From assembly GCA_040225955.1 (NCBI GenBank), contig JBECUL010000012.1, positions 1-50,992 of the forward strand: a stretch of DNA of 50,992 nt, written 5' to 3'. This document shows, in pieces, positions 39,120 to 47,861 of this stretch (the stretch's first letter is position 1; the number at the start of each line of letters is the position of its first letter). The notes under the pieces were generated by a model. The model saw only the letters and a program-made list of their open reading frames with translations, was not told where the DNA came from and made no database searches. Both the position numbers and the translations under genes were made by a program. The DNA comes from Candidatus Asgardarchaeum abyssi. GTDB taxonomy: Archaea; Asgardarchaeota; Asgardarchaeia; Asgardarchaeales; Asgardarchaeaceae.

Positions 39120-40565
39120 ATGCCTTATATGACACATATGTTATGTGGTGATTTCATGATATCTCCAAATCTTGAAGTTATTAATGAATTAAAGAATATA
39201 ATACCTCCTACAAGAATGACCTTTGACTACGTAGACAGGGTCTTCTACTCTCGAGATTTGTCCATGGACCCTACAGAGTTGCCAGACGTCGTTTTACTCC
39301 CAAAAACAGTCAGTGAAATAGCTAACGTGATAAAGTTTGCTAATAAACGCAAAATTCCAGTATATATCTTTGGTCGTGGTTCTACATTGCTCGGTTTTCG
39401 TGTTAAGAAAGGAAGTATCGTACTTAATTTAACTGGGATGAACAAAATTTTGAATATTGATACTGCACATCTTACGGTTACTGCCGAAACAGGTGCTGTC
39501 TGGTTGGCAGTAAACTCTGCACTATGGAAAATGGGCTATGAATTATCTTCTCAATGGCATGGCGGCGTAATTTCTTCAACGCTTGGTGGTGCAGTAGCAG
39601 CTAACGCTATTGCAAGAACCGCCGAACCAGGTACACAAGTTGGAGATACCGTAGTCTCCTTAGAAGTTGTATTACCAGATGGGACTGTAATAAAAACTGG
39701 ATCAGCATCAAATGATAAGAGTATACCCTTTGAGAGATACTGTTTAGGTCCCGATATAACTGGTTTATTCATAGGTTCTGCTGGTACGTTTGGTGTGATT
39801 ACAAAGGTATCTATGAGAATTAGACGAAAGCGAGAGCAAACTGAATACCTAAACTACGTGTTTAAAGATTATGAAAGTGCCATTAACGCGGTTGAGAATC
39901 TTCAGCAAGAAGAATTAATTCAATTTGCACTTTATATTCAGGGTGCTCTGCCTGAAGGTATAAACAGTAAGCTTCATGTGATAATTACAGGAAATAAGAA
40001 CACTATTGGATTTAAGAAAAAGATGGCCGATACTATATGTAAGGCTTTCGGAGGAATTCCTGATAATCCTGAGCACACAAAATTGTTCTGGGAAACATAT
40101 TATTACTCTTGGCTTAGAGGGATTCCAACTCAATTTTACTACGTGAGAACTGGGATTCCATACTTCTGTCCAGAGGTAAATGCATATTTCCCAACAAGAT
40201 TATTGCCAAAGGCATATGATGTGTTCTGGGACTATTGGAATTCGCATCTCGATGAAATAAAGAAACTTGGTGGCCTTCTCAAAGGAATTGATACATTTAT
40301 AATGTATAACGGAGGCTTTATATGGGTTGACCCGCTCTTTCCAAAGCTTAATGAGGAAGCCGTTAAATATGGCTTGAAACTAAGAGCTGAGCTATTTGAA
40401 AAGTTTATGGAAATCGGTGGATGCCCTGCTGCTATAAGTAGCCATTTATCATCATTAATTCTTCCAAAAACAGGTGCAACTTATGAATTTATGAAGCTTT
40501 TAAAGAAAGCAATTGATCCTAATAACATTCTAAATCCAGGAGTATTATTCCCGGAGGAGTTGTAA
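39120..40565 (+). CDS. FAD-binding oxidoreductase (GlcD/D-lactate dehydrogenase-like)
   Basis: PDVVLLP, GRGST, STLGG, LEVVLPDG, FIGSAGTFGVIT, DPNNILNPG. Confidence 0.9.
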   Translation: MPYMTHMLCGDFMISPNLEVINELKNIIPPTRMTFDYVDRVFYSRDLSMDPTELPDVVLLPKTVSEIANVIKFANKRKIPVYIFGRGSTLLGFRVKKGSIVLNLTGMNKILNIDTAHLTVTAETGAVWLAVNSALWKMGYELSSQWHGGVISSTLGGAVAANAIARTAEPGTQVGDTVVSLEVVLPDGTVIKTGSASNDKSIPFERYCLGPDITGLFIGSAGTFGVITKVSMRIRRKREQTEYLNYVFKDYESAINAVENLQQEELIQFALYIQGALPEGINSKLHVIITGNKNTIGFKKKMADTICKAFGGIPDNPEHTKLFWETYYYSWLRGIPTQFYYVRTGIPYFCPEVNAYFPTRLLPKAYDVFWDYWNSHLDEIKKLGGLLKGIDTFIMYNGGFIWVDPLFPKLNEEAVKYGLKLRAELFEKFMEIGGCPAAISSHLSSLILPKTGATYEFMKLLKKAIDPNNILNPGVLFPEEL

Positions 40566-40566
40566 A

Positions 40567-41727
40567 ATGCTGTATGATGACATTAAGAAATATGAAAATA
40601 TTGTAAATAGATGCATTGGATGTAATTTCTGTATCGAGAATAGCTGGCTAGGGCCTTATCATGGGTGTCCAGTATATGATATAAAAGAATTCGAGTCCTA
40701 TGGGCCACGAGGACGAAATCTTATAATGTCATTACTCATAGCTGGTGATGAAAATTTAAAACTCGATAAAAAATTAGCAGAGAGAATATTCTTATGCGCT
40801 GATTGTGGTTTTTGCGAAGAATTCTGTATGACTGGTTTACCATTAGAAGAGCTTAGGCTCGCCCTAAGTAATTATATATTGAAAAATGCATCTGAACTTC
40901 CAAAAAGCGTAATTCAAGCTAAAGAAAGACTTTTAAAGACAGGAAATATCTTTGGGAAGAGTGACAAAGAAAAACTATCTTGGCTTGATGACAAATCGGT
41001 AGTTGATAAAGAAAATGCAGAAATAGTTTACTTTGTGGGATGCTCAACTCACTACAGCCAGACTCAAATTGCTAAAGCAGTTGTTGAAATACTTAAAAAA
41101 ACAAATGCGAATTTTACAATACTAAGCTCAGAAAAGTGCTGTGGATATCCTCTCTTTGCAGTTGGCGATATAGAGAATGGAATAAAATTTATAGAGGACA
41201 ATATTCAACAAATTAAATCTGTAAAAGCAAAGACTGTTCTATTTAACTGTCCCGGTTGCATGAAAACCTTTACACGGACATATACCTTAGTTACTGGTAA
41301 GCAGTTTCCGTTTAAAGCAATGCATAGTACCGAATATCTAAATAATTATCTGAAGGAGCGAAGATTAAAACTAAGGCTTGATTTATCAACTACTGCAACA
41401 TACCATGATCCTTGCCATTTGGGTCGAGGCCTTGGTATCTATGCTGAACCTAGAGAACTTATAAAGAGAATTGAAAATCTACAGTTAATTGAAATGCCTA
41501 GATCAAAAGAGAAGTCATATTGCTGTGGTGGTGCTCTAACCACAACCAATCCACGAATAAAGGAAGAAATTTCATTAAGAAGATTTGAAGAGATGGAGAA
41601 ATTAGGCGTTTCTATATTTTTACAAGCATGTCCTACATGCGCAATGAATCTAAAAAGGGTTGCTGAGAAGAAAAACAGCAAAGTAAAAGTTATGGATGTC
41701 ATAGAATTGTTTAACATGCTATTATAA
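40567..41727 (+). CDS. Fe-S oxidoreductase (GlcF/HdrD-like, CCG domains)
   Basis: CIGCNFC..CP, CADCGFCEEFC, YFVGC, CCG, CPGC, YHDPCHLGR, CCGG, ACPTC. Confidence 0.92.
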   Translation: MLYDDIKKYENIVNRCIGCNFCIENSWLGPYHGCPVYDIKEFESYGPRGRNLIMSLLIAGDENLKLDKKLAERIFLCADCGFCEEFCMTGLPLEELRLALSNYILKNASELPKSVIQAKERLLKTGNIFGKSDKEKLSWLDDKSVVDKENAEIVYFVGCSTHYSQTQIAKAVVEILKKTNANFTILSSEKCCGYPLFAVGDIENGIKFIEDNIQQIKSVKAKTVLFNCPGCMKTFTRTYTLVTGKQFPFKAMHSTEYLNNYLKERRLKLRLDLSTTATYHDPCHLGRGLGIYAEPRELIKRIENLQLIEMPRSKEKSYCCGGALTTTNPRIKEEISLRRFEEMEKLGVSIFLQACPTCAMNLKRVAEKKNSKVKVMDVIELFNMLL

Positions 41728-41835
41728 TAAGAAAATATTAAAGAAAATAGAAAGCCAATGCAAATAATGATGTTATTCTCTTTTTTATTTTTATCATCAT
41801 TTTTATAGTTAAAATAGCCTACTAATTATTTCTAG

Positions 41836-43248
41836 GTGAAGAATATGAATTTAATAGTAAAAGATGGCATAGTAATAACTATGGATAAGGAAAGAAGGAT
41901 CATCGAAGATGGCGCAGTAGTCATTGAAGGGAATAAGATCGTTGATGTCGATAAAACTCACAAAATTGAAGAAAAGTACAACATTTCTGAGTATGAATTA
42001 ATTGATGCTAATGGAATGGCTGTGCTTCCTGGATTTGTTAATACTCATGCACATATGTATCAAAACTTTATGAAGGGCTGGCATGATGATCTTCCATTAA
42101 AGGAATGGTGTGATTTTGTTCTATTTCCAGTTGTAAAATATGCAAAAACTTTTGAAGAAAATGGATTTAATGAGTTCTTCTACTATAGTAATATGTTGGC
42201 TGCAATAGAAGCAATAAGATCTGGAATTACAACAATGCTCAATTTTGGGGCTGCTAAAGAAACAACATTAAGGGTTTTTGATGAAATAGGGATGAGAGGG
42301 ATCATGGGTATTACTTTAGCCGATAAGTGGATTCCAGAGGAGCTAATAAGACCCACAGATGAGGTACTGCGGGATGTTCAGTCAATAATTGATAAGTGGC
42401 ACAACTCACGTAATGGCCGCTTGAAAGTTATGTATGCGCCATCTACACCATTTATTTGCACTCAAGAATTTCTTCAAAAAATAAAAGAACATTCTGAAAA
42501 GACGGGCGTACCCATAACTATACATACATCGGAAACTAGGTATGAAGTTAAATTAATAAAAGACGAAACTGGCATGAGACCAATCGAATACTTGGACAAA
42601 ATTGGTTTTCTTGGAAAGAATGTTCTTGCGGTCCACTGTGTATGGGTAAGCGATAATGAAATAAACTTACTTGCGAAACATGATGTGAAAGTTTCTCATA
42701 ATCCAAAATCTAACATGAGACTAGCATCTGGGATCGCACCTATTGTAAAGATGAGACAGAAGGGAATCACCATTGGCTTGGCTACAGATGGTGCTGCAAG
42801 CAATGATAATCTTGATATGATCGAAACCATGCGAGCTGCTGCATTTTTAGCTAAAGTTTCCACCCTAAGAGCTGGTTCTCTTGTTGGTAAGGATGTACTT
42901 GAGATGGCCACAATTGAAGGAGCTAGGGCAGTATTCATGGAAAATGAAATAGGTAGCCTAGAACCAGGGAAAAAAGCAGATGTAATACTTATAGATTTAA
43001 GAAAACCCCATCTACAGCCAGTGTGCAATGTAATAAATACTATCGTTTATGTTGCAAGTGCCTGTGATGTTAATACTGTAATTATTGATGGAAAGATCAT
43101 TATGAAGGATCGAAAGATTTTAACTGTTGATGAAAATCGCATATTAGAAACTGTCAAAGAGAAGTTTGAGCCAGCATTAAAGGAAATTTATAATCAAACT
43201 CTTAGTATGGAAAAGGTTGTGGAGTCGGAGGATATACAAATAGAATAA
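41836..43248 (+). CDS. Amidohydrolase (MTA/SAH deaminase-like)
   Basis: PGFVNTHAH, IHTSE, VHCV, HNPKSNMRLASG, ATDGAASN, GSLEPGKKAD. Confidence 0.9.
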   Translation: MKNMNLIVKDGIVITMDKERRIIEDGAVVIEGNKIVDVDKTHKIEEKYNISEYELIDANGMAVLPGFVNTHAHMYQNFMKGWHDDLPLKEWCDFVLFPVVKYAKTFEENGFNEFFYYSNMLAAIEAIRSGITTMLNFGAAKETTLRVFDEIGMRGIMGITLADKWIPEELIRPTDEVLRDVQSIIDKWHNSRNGRLKVMYAPSTPFICTQEFLQKIKEHSEKTGVPITIHTSETRYEVKLIKDETGMRPIEYLDKIGFLGKNVLAVHCVWVSDNEINLLAKHDVKVSHNPKSNMRLASGIAPIVKMRQKGITIGLATDGAASNDNLDMIETMRAAAFLAKVSTLRAGSLVGKDVLEMATIEGARAVFMENEIGSLEPGKKADVILIDLRKPHLQPVCNVINTIVYVASACDVNTVIIDGKIIMKDRKILTVDENRILETVKEKFEPALKEIYNQTLSMEKVVESEDIQIE

Positions 43249-43332
43249 GCATTTTCTCCTATTTTCTCTTTAAGCATGAAAAGTTAATATAAAGCGAATC
43301 TTTATTGAAGATAAGAATAACCACATAACATC

Positions 43333-43851
43333 GTGATAAAAATGAGTGAGTTATTAGATGTGATTTATAATCGAAGGAGTATCAGAAAATATAAGCCTGA
43401 TCCAATACCTGATGAAATTATAGAGAAAATACTCAATGCAGCTCGACTTGCACCATCCGCGCATAATATACAACCATGGCATTTTATTGTTGTTAAAGAT
43501 AAAAAGCTTCGAGAAGTGCTCTCACGGTGGCGATGGAGCAGATTTCTTAAAGATTCACCAGTCGTAATTGTTGGTTGTGGGGATTATAGGTTATCTCCTA
43601 AACTTTGGATAGTTGATGTCAGCATTGCGTTACAAAATTTAGTAATTGCCGCAACAGCATTAGGTTTAGGTACTTGTTGGGTATGTGACTTTGAAGAAGA
43701 TAAAGTGAAAGAACTCCTAGATATTCCCGAGAATTATCGTGTTGTTGCGCTAATAGCTGTTGGATATCCAGATGAGAAACCAGAAATACCTAAGAAGAAA
43801 GAGCTTGCTGAAATAACCAGCCTTAATAAGTTCGGAAAGCCATTAAAATAG
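43333..43851 (+). CDS. Nitroreductase family protein
   Basis: RRSIRKY, APSAHNIQPWHF, GLGTCWV, VGYP. Confidence 0.93.
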   Translation: MIKMSELLDVIYNRRSIRKYKPDPIPDEIIEKILNAARLAPSAHNIQPWHFIVVKDKKLREVLSRWRWSRFLKDSPVVIVGCGDYRLSPKLWIVDVSIALQNLVIAATALGLGTCWVCDFEEDKVKELLDIPENYRVVALIAVGYPDEKPEIPKKKELAEITSLNKFGKPLK

Positions 43852-43936
43852 AAATTTGAATGACTAAAAATGCTTTGGTAAATCTTTCATTTATTAAAAT
43901 TATATCATTACGCAAAAACTCTAATATTTCAAAAGC

Positions 43937-44344
43937 TTAGAAAGATAGACAGTTCTTTAAATCTTCTGGAAATCTTTTACTATTTATAAAGTGCTTAAAT
44001 TCCTCCTCAGTCATGCCATCAAGATTTGTCCCATAAGGTGTCAGCCTGAGGGTCGCGATCCCCTTGGGGGATATGTAATAGAGCTCTATCTTAACAATGT
44101 CAAGAATGTGCTTCCTGATGAACGACGAAACACTACCCCGAACAATATGCATGTTGAAAATACCCGACCCGTACTCGGTATCCCAGCGAACAGAGATAAC
44201 CTTCAGAAGCCAACCGTTCTTCAACAAATGATCCACAAAATCGGGACCATAAAATAAGAAGAACATATTTGGGCCTATCTCTTTTTCTCTATTAATTTTT
44301 TGATGCTGTATAATCCCCTTTTCTAAAATTTTCGACACCACCAT
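43937..44344 (-). CDS. Unknown-family protein, copy 2
   Basis: Core identical to 35165-35560, with a different N-terminus and a diverged C-terminus of the same length. Confidence 0.75.
   Translation of the reverse strand: MVVSKILEKGIIQHQKINREKEIGPNMFFLFYGPDFVDHLLKNGWLLKVISVRWDTEYGSGIFNMHIVRGSVSSFIRKHILDIVKIELYYISPKGIATLRLTPYGTNLDGMTEEEFKHFINSKRFPEDLKNCLSF
43995..44248 (-). repeat. 254-bp perfect inverted repeat, right copy
   Basis: Exact reverse complement of 35249-35502. Confidence 0.93.
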
Positions 44345-44680
44345 AATAATTATTATTTATTCTAATACAAGCGGAAAATCATAACATCTTATTAACGATC
44401 TAAACACTTAGAATCTTAACATAATTTTGTAAATATGATTCTTGAGCTCACACGTAATTCTTGAAACTTATTCTATTGGGTCTATAAAAGTTAAATAAAA
44501 ACAATAACTTATTACATAATATAATTAAATTACATAGTATAAATTCTTTTTTATTGTTGCAACTTGGCAGAGGCTCTTTTTAATTGCCTTTTTACTTTAA
44601 AGTATTTTTTGTAATTAGTAAAAAGTAAAAATTTATGCCTAATAATAAAATTAAAGAATTAAGTTTAAAATGCTAATCCT

Positions 44681-45499
44681 TCATTCATAAATCCTTTTTA
44701 ATCTTTCACACTCCTCAAGCCATCCAATTTCTCTTAGCCCTATAAGCATAAATCGAAGATATGCGGGATTTGGTGGGCATTCTGGAACTTTAAACTCATC
44801 AGAAGCTGTATACGTTTCAGCATATACGTATCTGCCATTCTTCAAAAATATTCTTACAGTAATTCTTCTATAATGAACTGGTACCTTTTCATGCATGTCA
44901 AGCTGCTTTATATCAGGATACAGTATCTCATACAAGGCTCCGTAAACGATATCCCCCTCTGACTTTTCTATATTCGCACAGCAATTATCCATGCATCTTT
45001 TGTTAAAAGTAAGTTTATAATCCTTTAAGAAAGCAGGATATTTAGCTAAGATTTCAATACTACGTTCTTTCATTCTCCGAGTATAAATATCCGAGCCATA
45101 GGCAAAATAATTTATTTTTCCTGTTCTCTCTTTTTTAAAAGTATAATCCCCACTTTCAATAAGTTTACTATCTTTAGGTAAATCTCTATTGTACACATAA
45201 ATAATTACTTTTTCTTTATAATCGCCAAAAAAAGCGAACGTTTCCTCTTTAATATATAGTCCAGCGCTTGGATTTTCTCTATCTACGCCTTCTACACTGT
45301 CTAATGTATCCATTAATCTCTCATCGACCTCGTATACCTCACCGTGTACGATACCTGAGCCTGGAACAATTGCTGGGAAGAATTCCAAATCATAGAGATC
45401 ATATCCCTTAATTATAGCTCTACCTAAGAAAGGGTATTTCTTTAAATAAAAATGGAGATTGAAGCCGTGCATTAAAGTCCCATAAACGAACAATTTCAT
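44681..45499 (-). CDS. Tandem gamma-glutamylcyclotransferase-domain protein
   Basis: Domain 1 LFVYGTL..VHGEVY..LDSVEG; domain 2 YFAYGS..ANI..VYGALY..LDMHE. Confidence 0.88.
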   Translation of the reverse strand: MKLFVYGTLMHGFNLHFYLKKYPFLGRAIIKGYDLYDLEFFPAIVPGSGIVHGEVYEVDERLMDTLDSVEGVDRENPSAGLYIKEETFAFFGDYKEKVIIYVYNRDLPKDSKLIESGDYTFKKERTGKINYFAYGSDIYTRRMKERSIEILAKYPAFLKDYKLTFNKRCMDNCCANIEKSEGDIVYGALYEILYPDIKQLDMHEKVPVHYRRITVRIFLKNGRYVYAETYTASDEFKVPECPPNPAYLRFMLIGLREIGWLEECERLKRIYE

Positions 45500-45657
45500 A
45501 ATAAAACCTCATTATTATGTATTTTACATTATAGTAATGAACAATATATTACTCTTTCTATAATTATCTCTAAACACTATAATATGCATAAATATAATTA
45601 TAAAATTACAATAAAATATTAAAGTATAACTGTATAATAATAAAAATTTCTCTACTT

Positions 45658-46047
45658 TTAACAAGTTATATGAAATATTGCAATTACTCCTTTATTTCTA
45701 CTTCTGCTTATTTTTAGAAATTCATCAATAGCATCCTTTGTCTTCTTAATTATATATTTTATCCCTCTCTGTTCTAAGAAATCTAAGGTATCCTTTTCAA
45801 TAGGTAGCGCACCATAATGTCCTGTACCAATAATTAGAGTATCGATAACTCTAAATCTCTTTATTGTTTCTTCTACTTCCTTTTTAGTTAGTGGGGTATG
45901 TCCATATTTTACTTTTAAAGGTTTAGATATCTCTTTTAAGCGTTTAGTAATAGTGCCATCAGAAGAAACTATCACATCTTCACTATACTGCACTCCATTA
46001 ATTACTATTTGACCAAATGTGACACTTATTTCCATATGAATCACCAT
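45658..46047 (-). CDS. Mth938-like domain protein
   Basis: FGQIVING..Y.EDV, YGHTPL, LIIGTG, T.DAI, FHITC. Confidence 0.88.
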   Translation of the reverse strand: MVIHMEISVTFGQIVINGVQYSEDVIVSSDGTITKRLKEISKPLKVKYGHTPLTKKEVEETIKRFRVIDTLIIGTGHYGALPIEKDTLDFLEQRGIKYIIKKTKDAIDEFLKISRSRNKGVIAIFHITC

Positions 46048-46102
46048 TAAATAGTAAGGTAAAGAAAATTTATTGTTTAATGATAATAAACGTTCTCAAT
46101 TA

Positions 46103-46660
46103 TTAATATTCAAAGTTCATAGCATTATAGATTTCCTTAGGAAGATTGGGGCAGTTCTTATCAAGGTAATATTTGCTTTCTATTACTTGAGCATGTAGTA
46201 GGACTTTAAATTCGTCATCCGAAAGATATGTAGTTGGCATTAATTCCCTAAATCTTTCTTGAGATATACCTGGCACTTCTACAGGTATCAATACTTTTTC
46301 CCACACTAAGTGTGATTTCACAGCCCTTTTGTAGCTTGCAGGAGAAAAAGCTCAGTTTCTTCGATAGTCGGTCTTGTACCTCCCATGGCCTTTGGTATAC
46401 CATTCACTTCAATCAGTATAGGCTCTGGTACCATTACTGTCTTATTTCCTAATTTCTTTCAACCCATTTATACCGGGCTATTATTCTTCTTGTGGTATTG
46501 AATTGATAAACTTCTACTGGATCTCCTTTCTCCTTTTCAGATATTGATAAAACCTAACTACATGAGCTGTATTTGTGACATCAGTTGTAAATGGCTGTGC
46601 GTATCTTGCAACATACCTAACCCTGCCGATAACTTCTTTTGCTTGAGCAGGATGCTCTAT
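46103..46660 (-). pseudogene. Decayed 3' remnant of an unknown gene
   Basis: Coding-like fragments in shifting frames (EHPAQAKEVIGRVRYVARYAQPF; GNKTVMVPEPILIEVNGIPKAMGG; KSHLVWEKVLIPV...NFEY) interrupted by stops. Confidence 0.5.
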
Positions 46661-46950
46661 TGTTTTCTGATAAATAATGAAACGTTGCTACGAATAATAT
46701 GTATGTTAAAAATTCCCGACCCGTACTCAGTGTTCCAACGAACGGAGATGGCCTTCAGAAGCCAACTGTTTCTTAACAGATGATCTACAAAATCTGGTGC
46801 ATATAGCAAGAAAAATGCATGTGGTTCAATATTTTTTGCATCATCTGATCTTTGCTCAGATAATATTTTCTTATTCACGTTTCTTACATCACCGATTTTT
46901 CTCTTTGCTTGGCAAAAATTACAAATTATCAAATTTTGCGCTTTATCCAC
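46657..46950 (-). pseudogene. Unknown-family protein, copy 3 (diverged, C-terminally truncated)
   Basis: FFLLYAPDFVDHLLRNSWLLKAISVRWNTEYGSGIFNIHII matches copies 1 and 2. Homology stops abruptly at FIRKQ*. Confidence 0.75.
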
Positions 46951-47357
46951 CCTTTCTTTATTTCTTCTATTTCGTACTTTCTTATGGCATCTTCTAATAA
47001 CTTACGAGCTAATTCAAAAAACCTTTTATCAGAGTGTATAATAATACCTCTTTTAAAAACTTCCAGAGGTGTTGTATGGCCTTTTTTACACAGCTCTAAA
47101 AACTCATTAACTTTTAATCCTATAGGTTCTATTGGTATGCCAAACTCATCAAGTTGTAGAAGAATACTTAATCTATCTAGCACATGATCTGGTAGGTTGT
47201 CACTTACGATTATTAAATCAATATCACTTCCCAATCCAAAAGTTCCTCTAGCCAGAGAACCTATTATAGCTACTAGTTTCGGTTTTATCTCCTTAATTAA
47301 CTTATTTAGATAAAGTTCTAATTCGCTCTTAAAAGGAATGTCAACACTTATATCCAT
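46929..47357 (-). CDS. Minimal nucleotidyltransferase (MNT, putative antitoxin)
   Basis: GSLARG....SDIDLIIV motif; overlaps the HEPN gene. Confidence 0.92.
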   Translation of the reverse strand: MDISVDIPFKSELELYLNKLIKEIKPKLVAIIGSLARGTFGLGSDIDLIIVSDNLPDHVLDRLSILLQLDEFGIPIEPIGLKVNEFLELCKKGHTTPLEVFKRGIIIHSDKRFFELARKLLEDAIRKYEIEEIKKGWIKRKI

Positions 47358-47767
47358 TCTCTTGCCTCACTTTTGATAAATTTTATAATCTTAGTCGCAC
47401 AATCTATAGCTTTTTTAGCTGTGGGCTCATCGTAATATTCGAAGGGTGATCCGCTGTAGAAAGCATTAGCATACCGTGTAGGAATATAATGTCTATCTAA
47501 TTCTCTAGAGCATACTTCTATGTCTGTATCTATCTGAATTCCTTTATTTTTTAATTCTCTAAGTAGTGAGCCTATTGAATGGCCAAACGCTGCTATGCCT
47601 AAACCATACAATAGTGCTTTTACTGAAAATTCTGCGGCTTGTTGTGCCTTAAATGAAGCCCACGAGTAGTCACCACCGAGTAAATCCTTTTTCGCACTCT
47701 CTAAAGTGTATTCTGCTTGCTTCATCCATCTCTCATATTCATCTATATCAAACATTATTTCCACCAT
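47348..47767 (-). CDS. HEPN domain protein (putative toxin)
   Basis: W..QAE..L..A, SFKAQQAAE..VKALL, GHSI, LDRHYIPTRYAN. Confidence 0.92.
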   Translation of the reverse strand: MVEIMFDIDEYERWMKQAEYTLESAKKDLLGGDYSWASFKAQQAAEFSVKALLYGLGIAAFGHSIGSLLRELKNKGIQIDTDIEVCSRELDRHYIPTRYANAFYSGSPFEYYDEPTAKKAIDCATKIIKFIKSEAREWI

Positions 47768-47861
47768 TATTTACAGCAAATTTTGAAAATATCCAAGCTA
47801 TAACTCATTTTACGTTTATATAAAACCTCACTATAAATAATTAATGTTCGGGAGTGAAAAC

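Noticed and set aside
35249-44248. Composite transposon flanked by IS copies
   Set aside because: The repeats are internal to non-transposase ORFs, and I see no terminal inverted repeats, target duplication or transposase.
35249-46830. Diversity-generating retroelement (TR/VR) reading of the repeated gene
   Set aside because: Copies 1 and 2 are identical in the core. Copy 3 differs at all base types, mostly at third codon positions and not adenine-specifically. No RT or Avd is present.
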